NCBI RefSeq assembly: GCF_000039765.1
Contig: NC_004459.3
Coordinates: 2,001,127 to 2,033,126 of the forward strand
DNA length: 32,000 bases
DNA from: Vibrio vulnificus CMCP6
Lineage (GTDB): Bacteria > Pseudomonadota > Gammaproteobacteria > Enterobacterales > Vibrionaceae
Reading direction: 5' to 3'
The notes beneath the pieces are model-generated. The model saw only the letters and a list, made by a program, of their open reading frames with translations, did not search any database and was not told the DNA's origin. This document shows positions 10,899 through 19,688 of the stretch, in pieces. The position numbers were made by a program, and so were the translations under genes. Position 1 is the first letter of the stretch. Each line of letters begins with the position of its first letter.

Positions 10899-11261
10899 TC
10901 ACACCAAAATCATCAACAAACCACCGATAGTGGCAGCGGCAGAAAGATATTGTCCTGCAGAATAGGAGCCATCATCTTCCTCTTTTATCTTGTCGGGATG
11001 GTCCATGCCTAACGCACCGTAGGTAAAGGATTCCACTTTGTCGCCCACGGTTTTGTTTTCCGCTTCGACTTTTTTGCTCTCTTTATCGATCTCTTGGAGC
11101 GCAGAAAGCAGCGCTTTTCCTTCTTCAGAAAGCGTCACTTTGTTTTGTTCTACCTGCAGCGGAGCTGGGGCACTTTCCTTTGCCGCATTTGGGTTAGCTG
11201 TCTGTTTCTGTGCTGAAGCGTATGCTTCGACAGGTCTTGAACCGACTGGATTCATAACCAT
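10899..11261 (-). CDS. Hypothetical protein
   Basis: 120-aa ORF MVMNPVGSRPVEAYASAQKQ...YLSAAATIGGLLMILV. Confidence 0.6.
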   Translation of the reverse strand: MVMNPVGSRPVEAYASAQKQTANPNAAKESAPAPLQVEQNKVTLSEEGKALLSALQEIDKESKKVEAENKTVGDKVESFTYGALGMDHPDKIKEEDDGSYSAGQYLSAAATIGGLLMILV

Positions 11262-11390
11262 CTCCTAAGCGAATCCTAAATACTCTATCGGCGGCGTTGG
11301 AGAAAACTTGTGCAAAAAAAGCCTGTTTTGCCGCTTTTTTAATCAAGCAAAAAACAGGCCTAACTGAGATGGAAGTTGAAAAGAATCGCG

Positions 11391-12317
11391 CTATTTGCAG
11401 GTCAGATCGTCATTACGTTTTTTTAAATCCTGAAACGCCTTCATTTGATTGCTTTTTTGCACATAACGTACCGGCGGTTCCAGTACCAGTAGTTGGTAAT
11501 CGCTGCCTTGCTCATCGACGCTTGATACCGGAGAGATCACCACCACCTTTAAGGAGGGATCACGACGCAGAATCGAGTGAGCGGTGCCTAAGCCCTGCTC
11601 AATATGAAATTTTCCTGCGACATGGATAACTTGCGTGTTGGGGTGTTGCTGGCGGTAGTTGACGATCGATTCTGCCATGGTTTCATCCCAAGTCACTTGA
11701 GCAGCAAACTGTTTCTCGGTTTGCTCTGGTTTGCCGTGGTGCATCGACGCCATGAACTTGCTTTTGTATTCGCTTTCACCGGTGTTGATCTCACTTGCCA
11801 AAAAGCCACGCTCTTCTTGGGTTAGCTTATCGAGGTAAGCCAAACCTTGGCGGCCAATGCAACGTACCGTGCTTTTCGGTGCGTTCGCGGCAATCACATC
11901 CATCTGTTTGGATTTGGCCAGCTCAATCAAAGGTCGGTAATCACTCTCGTAGTTTGGCCACGCATTGCCTTGTTGGATAAGCACTTGCTCACCAATCTCG
12001 CCCGCCAAATATTGGTTCACTATGGTTTGTTTATCGCGGGTAAATTGTTCCATAGATAGCGCGACGCGGTGTTGTGTACTGAGCGTTTTGAGCAGGTCGG
12101 TTTGGAAGCGATGAACACCCGCGTGCGTGTGCCATTCGCCAATTAAAATGACATCCGCATTTTGAACCGATTGAGGTAATTGTTGCAGTGAAAGGGCAGT
12201 ACCTTCTGGCGAGTAAAGCTGGTAGTCGTAGAAGCTTAGTGGGTCGCTTGTGAGCGCTTGGTTAGCACAGCCGCTCAGCATCATTGACGCCAAAAGAAGA
12301 GAAATAGTTGATCGCAT
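11391..12317 (-). CDS. ChaN-like haem-binding-uptake lipoprotein
   Basis: Lipobox MMLSGCANQ; DVILIGEWHTHAGVHRFQTDLL and VIHVAGKFHIEQGLGTAH motifs. Confidence 0.85.
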   Translation of the reverse strand: MRSTISLLLASMMLSGCANQALTSDPLSFYDYQLYSPEGTALSLQQLPQSVQNADVILIGEWHTHAGVHRFQTDLLKTLSTQHRVALSMEQFTRDKQTIVNQYLAGEIGEQVLIQQGNAWPNYESDYRPLIELAKSKQMDVIAANAPKSTVRCIGRQGLAYLDKLTQEERGFLASEINTGESEYKSKFMASMHHGKPEQTEKQFAAQVTWDETMAESIVNYRQQHPNTQVIHVAGKFHIEQGLGTAHSILRRDPSLKVVVISPVSSVDEQGSDYQLLVLEPPVRYVQKSNQMKAFQDLKKRNDDLTCK

Positions 12318-12411
12318 AATACTGCCTCCATTAAAAACGTCGCAGAGTGTAATGGAGGCGGTCTAGAACTTCAACAATAATGAGAATAATTCTCTTTATT
12401 GTTTTGTCTGG

Positions 12412-13236
12412 CTATTTTGCTGTTTTGCGGTAAACACGCAACATGAAATCGGCCTCACACTGGAACAGTGTAGCGGACTTTAGCTCGTCGCGAAGGGCAT
12501 CGCTGGCTTTCCAAGCAAAGGGGGTCATTTGCAGTAAGTCAAACGCATCTTGGCCTGCTAAGTCCATTACGTAATTGAGCTTTTCTTGGTGCTCTAGCGT
12601 AAATCCATCCATTTGCTCTGGTTCTTCGCTATGCAGTTTGAGCTCGGCGTAAATCTTCTCTTTCAGTTGCAGTAAGTGGCGGCCAGCAGGCGTTACCGTG
12701 ATCACAACGCCATTGTCGGCAATGCATCGCGCCAGCTCTTCGGCCTTGCATGGTGCGTAAATGCGGAGGATGCCGTCCAACGCTTCGTCTGCAAAGGGAA
12801 GTCGATGGCTGGAAGCGACACAAAACTTAACATTAGGGTAGCGTTTTGCCGCGAAACGAACGGCGATTTTGGAAATGTCCAAACCAAATGTTTTGGCTTC
12901 TGGGTGCTGCGCGACCAAGGTTTTGGCGACTTCATCGGTGTAGTAACCTTCACCACAACCAATATCGAGCAGGCGGTGCGGCGTACCTTGCAGGTATTGG
13001 CGGCAAAGTTGCGCCACTTTTTGACGCATTGGGTCGTAATGGTTGCCTTCAAGGAAGCGGCGGCGAGCCTGCATCATCTCTTTGTTGTCACCGGGATCTT
13101 TCGAACGTTTGTGATGGGCAGGCATCAAGTTAACGTAACCTTCTTTGGCCAGGTCAAATTGATGATTATTGGAACATTTGAACGTGCGCTCTGCTTGCTC
13201 TAACGCAAGGTGACACAAGGGGCATTGATACGCCAT
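12412..13236 (-). CDS. rlmA: 23S rRNA (guanine-745-N1)-methyltransferase
   Basis: MAYQCPLCHLALEQAERTFKCSNNHQFDLAKEGYVNLM zinc finger and SAM motif LLDIGCGEGYYT; start at 13236. Confidence 0.92.
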   Translation of the reverse strand: MAYQCPLCHLALEQAERTFKCSNNHQFDLAKEGYVNLMPAHHKRSKDPGDNKEMMQARRRFLEGNHYDPMRQKVAQLCRQYLQGTPHRLLDIGCGEGYYTDEVAKTLVAQHPEAKTFGLDISKIAVRFAAKRYPNVKFCVASSHRLPFADEALDGILRIYAPCKAEELARCIADNGVVITVTPAGRHLLQLKEKIYAELKLHSEEPEQMDGFTLEHQEKLNYVMDLAGQDAFDLLQMTPFAWKASDALRDELKSATLFQCEADFMLRVYRKTAK

Positions 13237-13344
13237 GAAGACCTCAAAAAGGGGCGATGAAACAGGCGGCAAAGTCTAACAGGAACCGCCTGTTTTAACC
13301 AGTTTGAGTCTCGGCAGGCCAAGATTTTACCCGCCGAAAAAGAC

Positions 13345-14202
13345 TTATTTGGTGTGGTATTGCTCGCAAGCAAGCATGGTGTTTTCGATGAGGCTGGCCA
13401 CCGTCATTGGGCCAACACCACCGGGCACTGGAGTAATGAAGCTGGCGCGTTCACGAGCCTTGTTATACTCCACATCACCAATCAGCTTACCCGATTCAAG
13501 GCGGTTGATGCCGACATCGACCACGATCGCGCCTTCTTTGACCCATTCACCAGGAATGAAATTTGGCTTACCGACCGCAACCACGAGCACATCAGCTTGG
13601 CGAACATGGCCTTCAAGATCTTTCGTGAAGCGGTGACAGGTGGTCGTGGTACAACCTGCCAGCAGAAGCTCGAGTGTCATTGGGCGGCCAACAATGTTTG
13701 ATGCACCCACGATCACCGCATGCTTACCACGTAGTGCGATGTTGTAACGCTCAAGCAGCGTAATGATGCCTTTTGGTGTGCACGAACGCAGTTTAGGGAT
13801 GCGCTGCGCTAAGCGGCCAACGTTGTACGGGTGGAAACCATCCACATCTTTCTCTGGATGAATGCTTTCTAGCACGTGCGTGCTGTCAATGCCCGCAGGA
13901 AGAGGAAGTTGAACCAGAATACCGTCGATTTCAGCATCATTATTGAGCTCATCGATCAGAGCCAGCAGTTCTTCTTCTGAAGTTGAAGCGGGTAGATCAA
14001 ACGATTTAGAGACAAAGCCCACTTCCTCACACGCGCGACGTTTGCTGCCAACGTAAACTTGAGACGCTGGATCTTCGCCAACCAACACAACGGCTAAGCC
14101 AGGCGCACGTAATCCCGCAGCTACACGAGCTTTTACGCGAGCAGCGACTTCGGATCGAACAGTTTGGGAAATGAGAGTTCCATCGATATTTTGAGCAGTC
14201 AT
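13345..14202 (-). CDS. folD: Bifunctional methylenetetrahydrofolate dehydrogenase/methenyltetrahydrofolate cyclohydrolase
   Basis: [61 protein letters not shown]; start ATG 14202. Confidence 0.97.
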   Translation of the reverse strand: MTAQNIDGTLISQTVRSEVAARVKARVAAGLRAPGLAVVLVGEDPASQVYVGSKRRACEEVGFVSKSFDLPASTSEEELLALIDELNNDAEIDGILVQLPLPAGIDSTHVLESIHPEKDVDGFHPYNVGRLAQRIPKLRSCTPKGIITLLERYNIALRGKHAVIVGASNIVGRPMTLELLLAGCTTTTCHRFTKDLEGHVRQADVLVVAVGKPNFIPGEWVKEGAIVVDVGINRLESGKLIGDVEYNKARERASFITPVPGGVGPMTVASLIENTMLACEQYHTK

Positions 14203-14404
14203 GACTTTCCTTAAGAATACGAATGGCAAAAACTTGGCGCGTATTGTCGCAAATGATCAAATAAATATCTATACGCAAACGTTTGCTTTGGGTCGTTTTT
14301 AAGCATATTTAATGTGGACGCCCTTTTTTTAGCCATTTGATTCAGTTTGTTAAGAAAACCCGTTGATTTACCGAAATGAACTCGTATAATCCTGTCCCTG
14401 TAGC

Positions 14405-14481
14405 GCGCCCTTAGCTCAGCTGGATAGAGCACGTCCCTTCTAAGGATGTGGTCGTAGGTTCGAATCCTACAGGGCGTGCCA
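14405..14481 (+). tRNA. tRNA-Arg(TCT)
   Basis: 77 nt: GCGCCCT...TAGCTCAGCTGGATAGAGC...cttCTAA with anticodon TCT...GGTTCGAATCC...AGGGCGT-G-CCA. Confidence 0.95.
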
Positions 14482-14489
14482 TATTCTAT

Positions 14490-14530
14490 AAGGCCTGACA
14501 GCTTATTAAGTTGTCAGGCCTTTGTCGTTT
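14490..14530 (+). terminator. tRNA transcript terminator
   Basis: aaggcctgaca...tgtcaggcctt 11-bp stem followed by ttgtcgtttt. Confidence 0.8.
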
Positions 14531-14677
14531 TGGGTGTTTATAGTCGGCTAAGTAGTCGGTTAAGCTTGTAGCTTAATGTAATCATCTGTAATGAATACAT
14601 AAGTTCGCTTTCTTCTCGCGGCTAGGTATTTGAGACTAAAATGCAAATCAGCCCCACTGTGAGGCTGATTGATCTAT

Positions 14678-15466
14678 TTAATTAGAGTTTTTCCTATAAA
14701 ACACAACCATCTCACTGATTGAATTAAATTTGCTACCAACCTCTTTCCAAACGCACTCTTCACAAAGAAGCCCTCGTCCATATCTTGCTGTTTTCTCACC
14801 GCAGCATAGGCAGATAGGATCATTGGTCTTTATACTGTTTTCTGCAATCTCTGTATCTTTGCATAGTTGTTCTATGGTTGACTCAGGCCAGCGAAGCATT
14901 TCAACTAAGTCTTCCCAATGATTTAAGAGATAGTTGAATACTTCTTCTGAGCTTAATAATTTAACTGGGCTTTTAGATGGATAAAGCTGCCGAGCCATCT
15001 TGTGTGTATCCACTCTTAGGATTATGTCTATATCTTCGGGGACAGCTTCAGGTAACAAATGACGACTGCTCTCGAAAGGGATATCCATCACTACCGATAT
15101 GTTAGAGGTTAAGTCTTTAGTGTATGCATCAACTTGAAATCCAGATTTGGTACATTCAACCTCCCATTGCACATCATTAAAATCCCACTCATCTAAATCA
15201 AAGTTAACTAGAGTTGGGAGCTGTTGCCTTATAATCAGTGCCAATGCAGTAACGGGGGAGAATTCACACTCAGAACTTGTTGTATTTTTATCGGTACGGT
15301 GTGCAAAGTGCCATTGGTTGATATTTCCCAACCTCGCAGTAACTGAGGTTCCACATGATAAACAATGACAGTTGCAATCATCGCCACGCTCCACTTGCTC
15401 AATCCCCACTATTCGGTTTGAACTGTTACTGCGAGCGAAAGGCATAAGGACTTGAAATGAAGACAT
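14678..15466 (-). CDS. CoiA-like protein with N-terminal zinc finger and C-terminal zinc ribbon; fourth gene of CBASS operon
   Basis: N-terminal CHCLSCGTSVTARLGNINQWHFAH as in CoiA-family zinc fingers; C-terminal CLCCGEKTARYGRGLLCEEC; start 12 nt after the SAVED gene end, RBS embedded (taagaggt). Confidence 0.7.
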   Translation of the reverse strand: MSSFQVLMPFARSNSSNRIVGIEQVERGDDCNCHCLSCGTSVTARLGNINQWHFAHRTDKNTTSSECEFSPVTALALIIRQQLPTLVNFDLDEWDFNDVQWEVECTKSGFQVDAYTKDLTSNISVVMDIPFESSRHLLPEAVPEDIDIILRVDTHKMARQLYPSKSPVKLLSSEEVFNYLLNHWEDLVEMLRWPESTIEQLCKDTEIAENSIKTNDPICLCCGEKTARYGRGLLCEECVWKEVGSKFNSISEMVVFYRKNSN

Positions 15467-15477
15467 ATAAAGACCTC

Positions 15478-16599
15478 TTATACGGCTTGCTCTAAGTCAT
15501 CATTAAACTCAGTCAGTCTAATAGATGGCTCTGCGTGGGGTAAGTTAGTAATTGATACCCCCCAAGGGTAAGGGGTTTTGTTATCTTTTTCGTATTGGTA
15601 AATCGTAATGTGAGGAAGGTTCCGTCTGTCGTACGCTTGACCAAATTTGAATGCTACGCTGTTTTGAGAAGCTAATACGAGGTGTATATCGTTATAGCCT
15701 TCTTCCATGAGATTTTTAACTTCTTCGATCAAATCATAAGCTAAACGACTTTGCTTTTTACTTGACCAGTGATTATCAAAACGCTTTTCCCTCAGTTTCA
15801 AATGTATCTGTGGCATCTTTGGAAAACAGAGGTCAATAGCTTTCTCATCAACAGGGTAAGAGAAAGATACAGCAAGAACGATAGATTCTTTGCTATCAGC
15901 ATGCTTTATTGTCTTTTCAAACTTCTCATTGTCGTCACTAATCGGATCGAGTTCTTTCCAGCTTGATAGTTGTCGATCCCAGTCGAGCACTTCAATATGA
16001 GACTCATCATCCAACAAATATCCTGATAGGAAAGCAAAAGGAACAGGAACTAAACCACCATAAACAATGTGAAAATCTTCAGCAGCAACACTATTTCTTC
16101 GCTCTTCTATAGAGTGCTCTAGATTGAGGAATTTCTTAAGTGCTAATTTGGGTTGGCTTACAGTGCCATTGGCAAGACTGTCTCGGATATCTATTACTGT
16201 ATTGGAAATATTTCGGCCTTTGTATTTTTTCTGAACGTGCTCTGATAGTGGTGAGTCAGATGTGTTTACGAGTCCTCTTTGCTCAATAGCGAATACAATT
16301 TGTTTAGCCAATTGTCGGTGTTCTATAACTGAGCGGACTATCTGCCAAGCTAGCCCAGTTGCCATTAGGAGTATACTGAAATAAAAACCGATAGAAACGA
16401 GTAGAGCAGGGACATCAGAACCAGCAACGTCAAGGCTAATGAGTTGGCTAGCTGTTACGTATTGAACATTGAATGCTACGCCTCCCATCAATGTTATCGG
16501 GAAGAAATAGGCTCCTGTCCTGAAAATTAACAAGGCAGGAGAGCGTTTTCTGAATAGCCAGTTGATGGTCTGAACAACGATATAAGTCAAAAGGTTCAT
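15478..16599 (-). CDS. CBASS effector: two transmembrane helices fused to SAVED domain (Cap14-like)
   Basis: Two N-terminal TM segments (LLIFRTGAYFFPITLMGGVAF; VPALLVSIGFYFSILLMATGLAW); C-terminal ...YDLIEEVKNLMEEGYNDIHLVLASQNSVAFKFGQAYDRRNLPHITIYQYEKD...YPWGVSIT typical of SAVED. Confidence 0.82.
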   Translation of the reverse strand: MNLLTYIVVQTINWLFRKRSPALLIFRTGAYFFPITLMGGVAFNVQYVTASQLISLDVAGSDVPALLVSIGFYFSILLMATGLAWQIVRSVIEHRQLAKQIVFAIEQRGLVNTSDSPLSEHVQKKYKGRNISNTVIDIRDSLANGTVSQPKLALKKFLNLEHSIEERRNSVAAEDFHIVYGGLVPVPFAFLSGYLLDDESHIEVLDWDRQLSSWKELDPISDDNEKFEKTIKHADSKESIVLAVSFSYPVDEKAIDLCFPKMPQIHLKLREKRFDNHWSSKKQSRLAYDLIEEVKNLMEEGYNDIHLVLASQNSVAFKFGQAYDRRNLPHITIYQYEKDNKTPYPWGVSITNLPHAEPSIRLTEFNDDLEQAV

Positions 16600-17090
16600 T
16601 ACTTTCCTTTGTTTGCTGGTTGATGGTGAGAGTTGTTGATTTGATCCATATATTGCTCAATAGTTAGTTCACCAGGGTGAACACCACCACCACGCCATTC
16701 TCCATCTGATAACCAAAGCTCCCAGTACCACAGCCATTCTTGCGTCCATGGGATGATTGATTCAGCGATTAACATACTAGGCACCCAGTCTTTGGAGCTA
16801 CCGTTGTTAAACATTAGGCAGGGTTTAGTATTCCCTTTGGAGAAGAACTCATGAGGTGAGCGCTTCCCTCCTGCTAGATCTCTTAGATTCGGGGACAACA
16901 CCTCGACCTCAGGAATACAACCTAACCCAGCCCATTTAACAAGGATTAGGTATTCTCGGGTAAGTCGAGAAGGTTGTAGTACTTGTCTCCATTCCAGTTT
17001 TAGACCTGTTTTACCTTTGAGTATTCTACCTTTGCCACCATGGTAACGTTTTTGTAGCGCGTTAAGCTGCCTTTGAAGGTGATGGCACAT
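16599..17090 (-). CDS. CBASS-associated E2-like (ubiquitin-conjugating-like) protein
   Basis: EVEVLSPNLRDLAGGKRSPHEFFSKGNTKPCLMF (candidate catalytic Cys91) ... IAESIIPWTQEWLWYWELWLSDGEWRGGGVHPGE; stop/start TAATG overlap with the effector gene. Confidence 0.82.
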   Translation of the reverse strand: MCHHLQRQLNALQKRYHGGKGRILKGKTGLKLEWRQVLQPSRLTREYLILVKWAGLGCIPEVEVLSPNLRDLAGGKRSPHEFFSKGNTKPCLMFNNGSSKDWVPSMLIAESIIPWTQEWLWYWELWLSDGEWRGGGVHPGELTIEQYMDQINNSHHQPANKGK

Positions 17091-18347
17091 CTATACATCA
17101 CCGTAGAAGTTGTGTTTAGGAACGGGGGTGGCAGTGGCTGCATTGGATACTCCTAAACCAATAGAAGAAACTACCGCACGATTTTTCGCTCGTCGTTCAG
17201 TCAGAGTGTCCGCAAGTTTGGCTTGGATGCCTCTTGCTGCTTGAGAACCAAACATTTCTCTTGAGCGCTCAATGGTTTTATCAAGCCCTTGATCTAATTC
17301 AAGTAGTTTTGCTAGGTCTTCAGTAACCTGCGTATACCACGCTTTAAATGCTTGGGGTAACATCGGTTTCTCATGCCATTTATCTGCAAAATTCTCCGTA
17401 GGAAGTGCTGGGTTACGAATAGTGTACTTTAAAGTACCGTCAGACTGATATTGATGGGAAATGAAGTTTGGCATTTCTTCAAGTACATCTAACATCAGAT
17501 CAAATGGGTTGTGGTATTCCTTGTTAGAGTTTGAGCACTTTTCATAAGCTAGACCTGCTAGAGTCGTAATAATTATGCTTATTGGTGCGCAATCGCCATA
17601 AGCGTTCTGCTTATTTTGTTTCCACATGTCTCTATGTCGCTTGAGAAGCTGAACTACAATCTGAAGTACAGTCTTTCGACCCTGACCAGGTAACGGTTCT
17701 ACTGTCCCCGCATGTATATCATTATTAGATCTGTAGTTGCTTTTTCTATTCCAGCGAATCTCTTTACTACACGCGCTTCGGAACCACTTCCTATATCCGT
17801 ATGGATGAGAAGGACTATTGGCATCCTTGATGTCTGCAACTCTCACTTTGCTCTTATGGTTTGGCGAGTCCATATCTTCAGGCATGCTAGGGGTGATGTC
17901 CATGTGGAACCCCTGGCCTTCGATACCTCCATATTGCAGAGTGACACATCTGCGTTTTGGCATATTCTCTATTTTGTCACCGTATCGTTGAGAGTCTTTC
18001 AGCACTCGTATCAAATTGAAGAGTAGCTCGTTGGCTTCATCAGTAGTTGTTGGATAGTGCTGACTTGGTAAGTGGAGCACCAGATCTATATCCATGTCTG
18101 AGTCTTCATCAATCGGTTTTACGGATGTGCCAATACCAACACTACCTTGAGCATAAATGTGGCATTCCGCTAGCTTGCCCCCCTGGTTTGCCAAGTAGGA
18201 TCCGATTGCTCGGTAAGCCGTCTTCAATTGAGACAACTGTGTTTCGGTCAAGTCTAGGTTCGATGTGATATGAGAGATCATCTCGAAACAAAATTCTTTA
18301 TCGCTTGCACTTAGTTGTCTTAGTGATTTGAAACCTTGATCTTGCAC
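17091..18347 (-). CDS. CBASS CD-NTase (SMODS nucleotidyltransferase)
   Basis: AQGSVGIGTSVKPIDEDSDMDIDLVLHL (GS...DxDxD) and third acidic HMDI; GTG start with aggaga RBS; stop abuts E2 start. Confidence 0.92.
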   Translation of the reverse strand: MQDQGFKSLRQLSASDKEFCFEMISHITSNLDLTETQLSQLKTAYRAIGSYLANQGGKLAECHIYAQGSVGIGTSVKPIDEDSDMDIDLVLHLPSQHYPTTTDEANELLFNLIRVLKDSQRYGDKIENMPKRRCVTLQYGGIEGQGFHMDITPSMPEDMDSPNHKSKVRVADIKDANSPSHPYGYRKWFRSACSKEIRWNRKSNYRSNNDIHAGTVEPLPGQGRKTVLQIVVQLLKRHRDMWKQNKQNAYGDCAPISIIITTLAGLAYEKCSNSNKEYHNPFDLMLDVLEEMPNFISHQYQSDGTLKYTIRNPALPTENFADKWHEKPMLPQAFKAWYTQVTEDLAKLLELDQGLDKTIERSREMFGSQAARGIQAKLADTLTERRAKNRAVVSSIGLGVSNAATATPVPKHNFYGDV

Positions 18348-18383
18348 AGCTATCTCCTAGTGGTTTTGGTTGGTTAATAACCG

Positions 18384-18389
18384 ATTATA
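18384..18389 (-). promoter_or_regulatory. Consensus -10 (TATAAT) of the CBASS operon promoter
   Basis: Minus strand AATCGG-TATAAT-CGGTT about 37 nt upstream of the GTG; overlapped by a direct repeat ACCGATT (18380-18386, 18389-18395) and next to GGTTA-a-TAACC (18372-18382). Confidence 0.55.
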
Positions 18390-18520
18390 CCGATTGAGAT
18401 TATTATGATAGATCGAAATGATACGTGTCAATGATCTTTTTGTGTATTTGTTTTGTGTTGTAATTACACGTGATGATTTTTTTGCTACGATCTGGCTAGA
18501 TTGAACAATGGATACGCATC

Positions 18521-19423
18521 ATGGAAAACAGTTCTCAAGCAGACATCACATCAGAGACAACCTCTATTAACGCTCGTTTAGCTTATATTGACTTTAAGTT
18601 GTTTTTTACAGGGCGTGTTAGTCGGGCTGATCTTAAAGATGCGTTTGGAATTGCAGAAGCAGCCGCTTCCCGAGTTCTTACTGAATACTCCAAACGTAGG
18701 CCAAACAACAAAACTCAAAAAACGAATACGATTATCAGGAAATCCTTCGAACCATTGACAGATATAGATGGTGAATTGGCGCTTGGCATGCTTGCCAATG
18801 GATTTAATAGCAACAAGATCTTCGGTGTTACTGAGCTTGCCTATGAAAAGATTGGCAAGTTTCCCAACCAAATGAATACCAATGAAGTCGCTATGATTAC
18901 TAGGGCGATATCGGGTAAGTATGCGATTTCCTGCAACTATCTTTCTGAAAACAGCTCTAATCATCAAACTAGAACCTTAGTTCCGTTGGCAATTATGTAT
19001 GATGGAACCAGTTGGATGTTCAGAGCATTTGATCGTTCAGAAGTCAAAAAGAATAAATTTAAAAACTTCCATTTTGCTCGTGTTAGGAATGTGGTTGAAG
19101 AACATGAATCTAAGGAGTCTAGGCAGCATGATCATGAGGCTTTAGCTCAAGATAAGCTGTGGAACTTAAGGTTACCTTTGATCTTAAAACTCCACCCCTC
19201 GTTGTCAGAGATGGACAAGCAAAAAGTAAGAACTGACTTTGGTATACCTGAAGATAAAGATGAGGTTTATGTTACAGAGAAAGCTGCATTTAGATGGATT
19301 GTTGAGAAAAAGTGGTATATCGATGCTCGGTCAAATGAAGAAAAGCGAGAGGATAAGCAAAGTCGTTTTTATAAGTTCGAGCTAAGCAACTTGGAAATGA
19401 TAAAACAAATGGAACAGGCCTAA
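18521..19423 (+). CDS. WYL-domain transcriptional regulator (CapW/BrxR-like), divergent from CBASS operon
   Basis: N-terminal HTH (FKLFFTGRVSRADLKDAFGIAEAAASRVLTEYSK); WYL-like ISCNYLSENSSNHQTRTLVPLAIMYDGTSWMFRAFDRSEVKKNKFKNFHFARVRNV. Confidence 0.8.
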   Translation: MENSSQADITSETTSINARLAYIDFKLFFTGRVSRADLKDAFGIAEAAASRVLTEYSKRRPNNKTQKTNTIIRKSFEPLTDIDGELALGMLANGFNSNKIFGVTELAYEKIGKFPNQMNTNEVAMITRAISGKYAISCNYLSENSSNHQTRTLVPLAIMYDGTSWMFRAFDRSEVKKNKFKNFHFARVRNVVEEHESKESRQHDHEALAQDKLWNLRLPLILKLHPSLSEMDKQKVRTDFGIPEDKDEVYVTEKAAFRWIVEKKWYIDARSNEEKREDKQSRFYKFELSNLEMIKQMEQA

Positions 19424-19688
19424 ACCTAAACCACACTAATAAATTTGAATCCGATAACTTGAGATTGTTCGGTTAAAAACAACTTTTCGACCTGTTGATT
19501 GAATTTCTTTTTACTTCAATGGCTTTGGACTGGTTTGAATCTGTAAAAGCGTGATGCTGACTACTTTGTATCGGGGAATAGAGACGGTGGTATTGTTGCT
19601 AGATAGAAGTCTCTTGCAGCCGAGGGCTGCAAGAGTTGTCGATGTTAGCTTGAGAGGTTTTTGTTGGCGATATTGTAGAGACTCATAG

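Noticed and set aside
12676-13203. 175-aa plus-strand ORF antisense to rlmA
   Set aside because: Antisense of a conserved gene with no independent support.
13354-13701. 115-aa plus-strand ORF antisense to folD
   Set aside because: Antisense of a highly conserved gene.
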